Source: Leptolyngbyaceae cyanobacterium (GTDB lineage Bacteria; Cyanobacteriota; Cyanobacteriia; Phormidesmidales; Phormidesmidaceae). From it: DNA of 64,000 bases. Location of the stretch: the NCBI GenBank assembly GCA_965263355.1, contig CBDHHL010000032.1, forward strand, positions 864,001 to 928,000. Direction: 5' to 3'. Under the pieces are notes generated by a model. The model saw nothing but the letters and a program-made list of their open reading frames with translations. It was not told the origin of the DNA and searched no databases. Of the stretch, positions 1 through 7,714 are shown one piece after another. Position 1 is the stretch's first letter. Every line of letters begins with the position of its first letter. Made by a program: the position numbers and the translations under genes.

Positions 1-2
1 TA

Positions 3-482
3 ATTGAAGACAATACACTGACCAGCAACTTTGATGATGGCATTGATATTAGTCTGGGGCAACTTCAATTTTTAGGGCTAGTTCCCACCATTGCTACTAG
101 CAATGCTGAGATACTAAATGCGACTATTCGCAATAACACCATTACCAATAGTCAGGATGGGAATGGCATCCTACTACGAAGTTTTGGAGATAATAGCAAC
201 CTGGTCATATTGGTGGATACTAATACGCTGACTAATAACGCATCGGTTGGTTTCAGTGCGACATCCCTCGATACTGATGGGAATGAAAGCACCCGGCTAT
301 GTTTAGAACTGACTAATAACAACAGTGATAATGGCTACTCGCTAAACGAAGTAGTGGGTAGTACCTTTACTGTTGTCGATTTAGGGACGGTAGATGGCGA
401 TAATGCAGGTACGGTCAACTTTAATATATTACCTGCAAACCTTAACTTTGGTGACGTTACAAGTTTGGCTGATTGTCCCTAA
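3..482 (+). CDS. C-terminal part of a right-handed parallel beta-helix repeat protein (starts upstream of the window)
   Basis: The frame of ORF 210..482 is open back to base 3 (IEDNTLTSNFDDGIDI...IRNNTITNSQDGNGILL...VDTNTLTNNASVGF), with recurring xxNTIxxNxxxGI beta-helix units. Confidence 0.7.
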   Translation: MEDNTLTSNFDDGIDISLGQLQFLGLVPTIATSNAEILNATIRNNTITNSQDGNGILLRSFGDNSNLVILVDTNTLTNNASVGFSATSLDTDGNESTRLCLELTNNNSDNGYSLNEVVGSTFTVVDLGTVDGDNAGTVNFNILPANLNFGDVTSLADCP

Positions 483-616
483 GTCCTGGAACGACGCCCC
501 ATGGGTTAATGTCCAAATAACGTGATTACATTGGGCGTAGCATTTTGCTTATATCATCTGCTCACTGCCGCTCATTATTTGGGATTTTATTTTTGCACAG
601 GTCCCTAATAAAAAAA

Positions 617-725
617 CTTCCAAATGTTATGACTAGCCCGCACAACATTTGGAAGAACATTTAACAGGATATTTGAAATAAGTCTAAATTCCTACAAGCA
701 CTACTTCGCCCAAAGAGTGCTTGTA
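617..725. terminator. Two hairpins (CTTCCAAATGTT..AACATTTGGAAG; TACAAGCACT..AGTGCTTGTA) between convergent genes
   Basis: Inverted repeats read directly; terminator role is inferred from position. Confidence 0.5.
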
Positions 726-846
726 AAAGCTGTTTTTCTAGATTTATTTCGGGGGTCGTGTTCATACATTAAATTAACTAAATACATTGATGTTCATAAC
801 CGTAATTTTATCTATTTTGGTGGGAAAAGGTCTATATGACCATGTA

Positions 847-953
847 ATACCAAATCCGAATTTATTAAACCCGATTAAAAATGGACAATCCTGTAGGGAC
901 AATCCCTTGTGGATGCCCTTCGATACCGGGTGCTATTAGTCAGGATTTCGTAT
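847..953. mobile_element. MITE-like element with 11-bp imperfect terminal inverted repeats (ATACCAAATCC / GGATTTCGTAT)
   Basis: The TIRs differ by 1 mismatch. The left half recurs at 12948 and the right half at 20965-21014. Confidence 0.6.
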
Positions 954-1079
954 ATGGCGATGATGCACGATCAGTGAGTGGTAAGTAATGGTACGCGTAA
1001 GTGCATGGCCTTGTTTTTTTGGTAAATGAGGTTTTACCGATAACAGCTATCTTGCTAAAGCGTCAGCATGAAAATAATG

Positions 1080-1260
1080 TACCGTTTTGAAACATGTTTG
1101 AGATCTGCTGTCCCCTTACGTTGGTGAAGCCTGCCCTTCGGGCTTAGGGGGACTTATAGGGGGTTATTGACAGTTAGCATTATCGGTCAAAACCCCTCCG
1201 CCTACGGCACCTCCCCTTAAAAAGGGGAGGAAAGTCTGAAGCATAATTTCAAGCTGGTAT
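1080..1260. repeat. Composite REP/MITE-like palindromic element
   Basis: Ends TACCGTTTTGAAA / TTTCAAGCTGGTA are imperfectly complementary. Internal hairpins are TCCCCTTA..TTAGGGGGA and CCTCCCCTT-AAA-AAGGGGAGG. Confidence 0.5.
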
Positions 1261-1279
1261 TTTATTTGGCTGCTAGCCC

Positions 1280-2377
1280 CTAAGCACTGGTTTTACATTG
1301 TTTTGCTTGGTGATCGATTAACTGCTGTACCTTGACTATGGTCTGGTTAAACTCTGGCCCTTTGCGCTGGGGCATGGTTTCAAATGCTCGCTGTTCGTCT
1401 TCCATCATCAGGACATCTTGCTCTACCAAACCTGCTAGTAAGCCACGGGCGGCATTAAACAGCCGATTTTTTATAAACCGTCGAAACCCCATGGGTAACT
1501 TATGTAATCGATGAAAGGCAGCTAAGGAAACGAAGTGAACCAAATAGGCCTTAGTCTGGGTTTCACTGACAGGGCAAAAGAGACAGTAAATCTTAAAGTC
1601 GCTACCCAGGACAGACTGCCAGTGGGGATAAATATAGCTAACGTCCAGATTAGTGGGGCGTAGCTTACGCATGGCCGGGATAAACAGTTGGCCCACGGAG
1701 TAAATTTTGTCGATTTTGTAATAACTTTCGGCATCGTAGTGGGCATCTACCCGCACTGGACTCGTGTCAATGGCATTGAGCACAGGGTTTGCCCAAGCTT
1801 GTAAGTCATCGTGTAGTCGCCCATGGTACATGTCCATTAGGTTCTCGATCAGAAATGAGAAGTGTGAACGGGTGTCGATCACCGTATAGGAAGCGATGTA
1901 GTTAATATGGTCCCATTCAGGTAATCCCATCAAGGGTACGGTATCTGCATTGTCTGCATCGCCTGGAAATAACCAGATAAAACCATCCTGTTCCTTGACT
2001 GGATAAGTACGCAGACGACAGTTGGGCAGTTTTTGTTGTTTGCTCAAGTAGGGGACATTTACACAGGTACCCGCTGCATCGAACTGCCAGCCATGGTAAA
2101 TACATTCCAACCGATTATCCTGCACCTGACCGTGGCTCAGTCGCACCTGACGATGGGGACAGCGGTCTTCAAGGGCATGGACAGTGTGGTTACTGTCGCG
2201 GTAAAGCACTATCTGCTGATGCCACAGCACTACTCCCAGAGGTTTATCCGTTAACTCGCTACTTTGAGCAACCACATACCAGTGGTTAGGGTTAATGGGG
2301 GCACAACGAATGGCCTCAAGCGATGCAAACGATTGACGAGGTGGGGAAAAAACGGGCTGAACCGTTGAAATATCCAT
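1280..2377 (-). CDS. Rieske non-heme iron oxygenase (aromatic ring-hydroxylating / CAO-PaO-like family; possible CruH carotenoid hydroxylase)
   Basis: Rieske motif CPHR...CIYHGW and mononuclear Fe site ENLMDMYHGRLH. The CruH identity is inferred from the nearby co-oriented cruE-like gene. Confidence 0.85.
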   Translation of the reverse strand: MDISTVQPVFSPPRQSFASLEAIRCAPINPNHWYVVAQSSELTDKPLGVVLWHQQIVLYRDSNHTVHALEDRCPHRQVRLSHGQVQDNRLECIYHGWQFDAAGTCVNVPYLSKQQKLPNCRLRTYPVKEQDGFIWLFPGDADNADTVPLMGLPEWDHINYIASYTVIDTRSHFSFLIENLMDMYHGRLHDDLQAWANPVLNAIDTSPVRVDAHYDAESYYKIDKIYSVGQLFIPAMRKLRPTNLDVSYIYPHWQSVLGSDFKIYCLFCPVSETQTKAYLVHFVSLAAFHRLHKLPMGFRRFIKNRLFNAARGLLAGLVEQDVLMMEDEQRAFETMPQRKGPEFNQTIVKVQQLIDHQAKQCKTSA

Positions 2378-2515
2378 GGAGACATCAAGGATTCGGACTA
2401 ATTAGATTACACCCTAACGCGCCAATGCCAGAAGAGAAACCATAAAATGGAAAAATCCGAGGTAAGACAAACGAATGGAATTAGTTAGATAATTGATGAT
2501 CTGTGCGAGGTTGCC

Positions 2516-3400
2516 ATGTCAGTGGATAAATTGATAGTCAAATTAACTCTGACGCTAGGGACTACGGCTCTGCTTAGCTGTCAGTCTCCCGCATCGACAT
2601 CGGTGCCGGTGGAATCATCTGATGTTGGCCCGTCTAATGGCCCGTCTGAAATCACCTTAGCTGATTCGGCAGCTCCGCTTTGGGAAAGTGATTTGAGTCA
2701 GCCTGATTGGATGAACCATTGGCAACCTCGCAATGATAAGTCCTGGGGATTTGATAACTTTGAATTGCTTCCTATGGCTGACGGTCCCTTTGACCATGTG
2801 CTCAGGGTTCACTATCCAGTGGGAACCGCCAGTCCATCGGTCTCACGGCAGACGGATACTCCCCTTGGGGGGGCTCAGTTTTATGGCGACCTGTTTCTCC
2901 CGGCTCGCACCCAGCTACGGCTCAGCTACTATGTTCGTTTTGCTGAAGGGTTTGATTTTGTTAAAGGAGGAAAATTGCCTGGTTTATTTGGTGGTATCGG
3001 GGCCAGCGGTGGCAACGTTCCCGACGGGACCGATGGGTTTTCGGCCCGGCTGATGTGGCGAAAAAATGGTCAGGGTGAAGTGTATGCTTATTTACCCACC
3101 AGTGACGCCCATGGCACGTCCATTGGCCGAGGTGCCTGGCGGTTTCAGTCAGGTATCTGGTACAAGCTAGAGCAAGAAATCAAGCTCAATACCCCCGATC
3201 AGGCAGACGGTGAAATTCGTATTTGGGTGAATGACAACTTGGTGCTTGAACAATCAGAGATTGTCTTTCGGACAGCAAACTCGTTAGAAATTGACGGGAT
3301 ATTTTTCTCCACCTTTTTTGGGGGTGGGGATCCCTCCTGGGCCACCCCTAAAGATACCTACGTTGATTTTGCTAATTTCTCGGTATCGGCAGGAAATTGA
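2516..3400 (+). CDS. Polysaccharide lyase family 14 (alginate lyase-like) lipoprotein
   Basis: FDFVKGGKLPGLFGG, GFSARLMWR, GEVYAY and FSTFFGG are PL14 motifs. Lipobox LLSC follows a hydrophobic N-terminus. Confidence 0.85.
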   Translation: MSVDKLIVKLTLTLGTTALLSCQSPASTSVPVESSDVGPSNGPSEITLADSAAPLWESDLSQPDWMNHWQPRNDKSWGFDNFELLPMADGPFDHVLRVHYPVGTASPSVSRQTDTPLGGAQFYGDLFLPARTQLRLSYYVRFAEGFDFVKGGKLPGLFGGIGASGGNVPDGTDGFSARLMWRKNGQGEVYAYLPTSDAHGTSIGRGAWRFQSGIWYKLEQEIKLNTPDQADGEIRIWVNDNLVLEQSEIVFRTANSLEIDGIFFSTFFGGGDPSWATPKDTYVDFANFSVSAGN

Positions 3401-5460
3401 ATTGGTCGCCCCTGTACAACCACATGTTCAACTTTGATGTTGTTGGTTTGTTTGAGCATTAGGGGTTCGCGGAGACCGGTTGCGATCGCAAGATTACTCA
3501 ACGAACTATCCACCACCTGCTGCAGGCTAATTCCATTTAACCGTGCGATCGCAGCCGTATCCGTAGGCTGTAGTGTAAACCCAACAAAGTGAACATTGGC
3601 TAACGCCTCTGAGCGGTTGGGCTGGACCTGTAAAACCGTATCAGCTTTGGAGCGATCAAAGCGAACGGCCAGGACTGTACGTCCGGGGCCTTGCCCTTTA
3701 AGGGTTAGCTGTCCTCGGTTAATGGTGACAGGCTGCAACAGATCCAATTCCCCAATGGGCAAGCGCAGCTCTACGGGTTGATTATCTGCCGACTCTGTTG
3801 AGAGGGTATCGATCAAAGCCTGTAGTGCCTTGCCATCGTCCTGACCATCATTAGGCCAGATACCATGATCCATCACCTCAATCACCTGGATAGGGTTAGC
3901 AGATCTTACCTGATGGCTTAGTCTCAGTCCGGCAATATCCCAAGCAGGGTTGAGAGTCCCCATGAGCCAACACAGACATATGCCAAAAACAAACAATTGC
4001 ACATACAGTAGCAACCGAGATGTTCCCAGTTTCATTACCCGTTCTACCCCCTGACCATGGGCCGAAATACTCTGAGATCCGCGATTGGTCCACTTTTGTT
4101 GGGCTAGGTTCATTTGGGTCCAAATTTTAACTAGAGATCCCCCCCACTGGGATAACAACAACAATGGTAAATGAATTAGTTTCAAGGTTGAGCTACGTCC
4201 CCAAAAGGTAAGCATCAACATCAACGAACGGCTAGCAACAACCCAGCAGATAACCACTGCAGTTGCTCTCCAATGACCTTGGAGTAAGGATAACAACAAA
4301 AATCCAGGAGTAATCAAACAGGTCCAAAAACTGATGCGCTGGTCACACAGACTCCACCAAGTAAACCAGCCTGTAGTAACAGGTCCCAGGCTGATGGCTC
4401 GACCATTATTGCGCAACATGTTGCCATACCAGCGGCGCATATTGTTATAAGCACGATCCACCACTGACCCTGACAGCGTCTCGATAGAATTTACAATGGC
4501 ATCAGGGACATAGAACATGTCATATTTATGACGCAACAGCCAGAACCAGGTACTCTTGTCGTCTCCAGACAAAAACTTAAACCGCCCCCAAAGCCAATCA
4601 TTGAGATAATCTTGCTCTAATTGATCCGCAAATGATGGCTGTAGTGCAGCGTGAGCCCGAAATAATGAAAAGCGCCCAGTGAGACACATCACCTTGTGAG
4701 AGAGTGAGTCAGAACACATTTGCATTTGTCGCTGGGCAAACCGCAAATGAAACCACTCAGAAAAGAAATAGGATCCTTTCACCACCGGTAGCTCGTCAGT
4801 CGTTAAAGCCCCCATTTTAGGCAATAATCGGAAAAAGGGTAGACAGTGCCGCAGGGTACCTGGCAGTAATTCCGAATCCCCATCCATTAGGGCAACCACC
4901 GTATCAGCCGGTAAATCTAGCTGGGCCAGGTGACGCAAACTATCGGCCATGGCCTTGCGCTTACCGTCTTTCTGCGTCATCTGGATCAGGCGAATCCATT
5001 TGAGACCTGGATCTTCCTGTTCCACAATGTCACGAATGGCAGCATTCTCGTCATCGCTACTACTATTAACCAGAACAGTCGTCGGCTGAGCCAGGGTTTT
5101 TGCCTCACTGACAATGGCCTTAAAGACGCGTTCTGAAATCCAGAGCTGTTCTTTATAGGTGGGAACCAAAAAACACATATGGGGCAACTCTGTCACCGGT
5201 ACTGCATCGGCCCGACGACGCCAGCGAGGAAAGACCCGATGCAAGTAGTAGCGCGCCCGTAACATGCGCAACAAAAACCAGGACCAGCGCCAAATGCCAA
5301 CGGCCCCGAGACTAACCAGACCAAAAATATTCCAGATCGCCAAGTTTCCAGAATTTTGCAATAGATAGAGACCGCCTAATCCACAGCTAAACAATGCCCA
5401 AAACATAGCTGTGCTGATATAAGCGCTCATAGAGCGTTGCTGGGTCAAAGAGGTAGTCAT
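3358..5460 (-). CDS. alg8: Alg8-like GT2 mannuronan/alginate synthase fused to a C-terminal pectate-lyase-3-like beta-helix domain
   Basis: DGDS, SEWFHLRFAQR, LTGRFSLFRA, GRFKFLSGDDKS, RWYGNMLR and DQRISFWT match Alg8 motifs. The C-terminus NDGQDDGKALQALID...LPIGE...LTLKGQGPGRTVL is a beta-helix cap. Confidence 0.85.
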   Translation of the reverse strand: MTTSLTQQRSMSAYISTAMFWALFSCGLGGLYLLQNSGNLAIWNIFGLVSLGAVGIWRWSWFLLRMLRARYYLHRVFPRWRRRADAVPVTELPHMCFLVPTYKEQLWISERVFKAIVSEAKTLAQPTTVLVNSSSDDENAAIRDIVEQEDPGLKWIRLIQMTQKDGKRKAMADSLRHLAQLDLPADTVVALMDGDSELLPGTLRHCLPFFRLLPKMGALTTDELPVVKGSYFFSEWFHLRFAQRQMQMCSDSLSHKVMCLTGRFSLFRAHAALQPSFADQLEQDYLNDWLWGRFKFLSGDDKSTWFWLLRHKYDMFYVPDAIVNSIETLSGSVVDRAYNNMRRWYGNMLRNNGRAISLGPVTTGWFTWWSLCDQRISFWTCLITPGFLLLSLLQGHWRATAVVICWVVASRSLMLMLTFWGRSSTLKLIHLPLLLLSQWGGSLVKIWTQMNLAQQKWTNRGSQSISAHGQGVERVMKLGTSRLLLYVQLFVFGICLCWLMGTLNPAWDIAGLRLSHQVRSANPIQVIEVMDHGIWPNDGQDDGKALQALIDTLSTESADNQPVELRLPIGELDLLQPVTINRGQLTLKGQGPGRTVLAVRFDRSKADTVLQVQPNRSEALANVHFVGFTLQPTDTAAIARLNGISLQQVVDSSLSNLAIATGLREPLMLKQTNNIKVEHVVVQGRPIQFPADTEKLAKST

Positions 5461-5536
5461 AATCCTGCCCTAAAAACGAGATATAGGTAATAAGAAAATA
5501 GAAATTTGCTCGAAATTTGTTGCAGCGTCGACGGTA

Positions 5537-6907
5537 TTAAAACAACCTGCTCAGAAATGCTATCGGATTTCTCTGGGTGCTAAAGGTAAGGGAGGCAGAG
5601 TCGCCAACACCACAGAATCGAGAGGCTTGGCCTTGAGCCTGGGTAGGGGGCATGCTAACGCGTACACGGGCTAAGGATTGCCCCACCAAATTAGCTGGAA
5701 CAGTCGGCACTAGGGCTTCAGCTCGAGCTTTAGTAATTTCACCAGCACTAATGGCGGTAACAAAATCGACGTTGCCAACAATGGTGCCAGCATTACCATG
5801 TTTAATGCGCACGGGTTTATTAGTGTCAATACGTCTTGCTTGGTCGGTGCTAACTAAGGCTTCCACCCAAAGCTGATTGCAGTCTAAAAGTGACAACAGT
5901 GCTGTAGGACGATTAACTTGTTCGCCCGCATCATGATTTGTTGCATAGACTACACCCTCAAAGGGAGCAAGCAGGGGGATCAAAGAAGAATCGTCAGAGA
6001 GGCTGGCGTTAACGGTTGTTTGCTTGGCAAGTTTTGCCTGAGAAGGTTGCGCCTCTAACTCGATTGCCAGCAGAGCAATTTGACTATTCTGACGTTGAAT
6101 TTCTTCCATCAGCCGACGTCGTTGGGATTGTAAGTCCTTAAGGTTTGACTGAATTGGGGCTTGTTGAGCCAATGCATCGGCATTGAGCCGAGCGATATTT
6201 TGCTCAGATTGAGCCTGTTCTACAGCCGCTTGACTAGAGCGCCAGTTGGCTTCGAGTTCATCTACTTCCTGTTGCGACACAGCGCCTTTGGCTAGAAGCG
6301 TGTTAAACCGCTCATACTTGTTCTGGGCAGCGTTTTCTTGGGAAATGGCTGCCGTTAGTGCCGCATCAGAATAATCAACGGTTTCAGCGGCAACATCTAC
6401 AGTAACAGATCGTATTAACTCTTCCTGACGATTCAATTCCTGTAACTGCTGATTTAACAATTCTAATGCTTGCTGAGCTGACGTTAATTGAATCTCTATT
6501 GTCTGATTAGTGAGTTGTGCATTATTTGTTGCGATCGCTACAAAATTTTCGCTTGATGGTTGTTGTGTAAACGGAGTTAACTGTGCCAACACCTGTCCTG
6601 CTTTTACCCGTGCTCCTGGCCGAGCATAAAAATTTTTGATTTTGCCATCCACCGGAGCCTGAATTCGCACGGATCGACCATTAACCAAACCATAATCAAC
6701 GCTTAAATGAGTTAATCGATAAGCAATCGACGCCACACCAATACTTGTTGCCACTACCCCTAGAGAGACATAAGCTAAACCAACTAAGCCACGCCGCCAA
6801 ACGGGAATCGCTTCCTTGGGAAGAGATAATTTGTACTGAGATGCACCAGGAGAAAAAACCTTGGGCTCAGAAGCCCCAGACATAGAATCAACCATGAACC
6901 CCAACAA
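5537..6907 (-). CDS. HlyD-family membrane fusion protein, Alg44-like (no PilZ domain evident)
   Basis: N-terminal TM, lipoyl-like IQAPVDGKI...GARVKAGQVL, long coiled coil and APFEGVV; lies directly upstream of the alg8-like gene. Confidence 0.8.
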   Translation of the reverse strand: MLGFMVDSMSGASEPKVFSPGASQYKLSLPKEAIPVWRRGLVGLAYVSLGVVATSIGVASIAYRLTHLSVDYGLVNGRSVRIQAPVDGKIKNFYARPGARVKAGQVLAQLTPFTQQPSSENFVAIATNNAQLTNQTIEIQLTSAQQALELLNQQLQELNRQEELIRSVTVDVAAETVDYSDAALTAAISQENAAQNKYERFNTLLAKGAVSQQEVDELEANWRSSQAAVEQAQSEQNIARLNADALAQQAPIQSNLKDLQSQRRRLMEEIQRQNSQIALLAIELEAQPSQAKLAKQTTVNASLSDDSSLIPLLAPFEGVVYATNHDAGEQVNRPTALLSLLDCNQLWVEALVSTDQARRIDTNKPVRIKHGNAGTIVGNVDFVTAISAGEITKARAEALVPTVPANLVGQSLARVRVSMPPTQAQGQASRFCGVGDSASLTFSTQRNPIAFLSRLF

Positions 6908-6917
6908 TTTAACTATG

Positions 6918-6979
6918 ATTAATGACCTAAACAGAAATGCATTAATGACCTAAACAGAAATGCATTAATGACCTAAACA
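6918..6979. repeat. 23-bp tandem repeat, about 2.7 copies (ATTAATGACCTAAACAGAAATGC)
   Basis: Exact copies at 6918 and 6941, partial copy at 6964. Confidence 0.95.
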
Positions 6980-7714
6980 AGTAGGCATGAAAGTTTATGC
7001 GTTCGCTCATCAAAAATATTACATACAATCCTGGAGTTCTCATCAGCTAAAATTGCGGACTTCACACAAGCAGATGCGACCATAGCTATTAGTCGAATAC
7101 GTATTCTCACGTATATGCGTATAACTTTTTAAAAAAAATCATAGATGTATAAAATGTCTATCAAGGCGTCTTAAGTAATTGATATAAAAAGGATAGAGCG
7201 CCTAAATCTTTCAGACATCAAATAACGAACATAATGATTATGTATAAAAAAGTTCCTCCCATTTTTATCAGGCACTTTTTTAAAGAAAAAATATAAAGTT
7301 TACACAATCTTTATCTAAGTGATTTTTTACGTGAATATACGCATACTAAAAACGTATTTAAATCACATACCGAGTAAGTGTTTTAACTGTAAAAATCTGC
7401 GTTTAGTTATCTCAATATTTCAATATATTTAGGGGGTATGGACCAGATTCTAGATTGTCATAGCACTGTCTAAAACACTGATTTTCCTAAACATACGACA
7501 AATTGCGTAGACCATATGAAAAACTGGCACAGCAAGTGATAAGTAATTTCCGGTAGATTGCTTTTTGTATGCAACAAGCATTTCAATGCATAAAGACGTT
7601 TACGTCCAAAAATAGCTATTAATATCGAGATTTTTCGCTCACAAACCGCTTTAGTCAATTTGACAAATCTGCATCTGTTGAGTTTCCTTGGTTGGGTCCT
7701 GCTTGCTAATCTTG

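Noticed and set aside
5537..6907. Type I secretion adaptor for the RTX protein
   Set aside because: No HlyB-type ABC transporter is adjacent, and its position directly upstream of the alg8-like gene favours an Alg44-like role.
6918..6979. Mini-CRISPR
   Set aside because: The repeats are contiguous with no spacers.
6980..7714. c-di-GMP riboswitch or small gene (ORF 7470..7658) upstream of the alginate-like operon
   Set aside because: No riboswitch consensus was recognised; the region is AT-rich and the ORF has no recognisable features.
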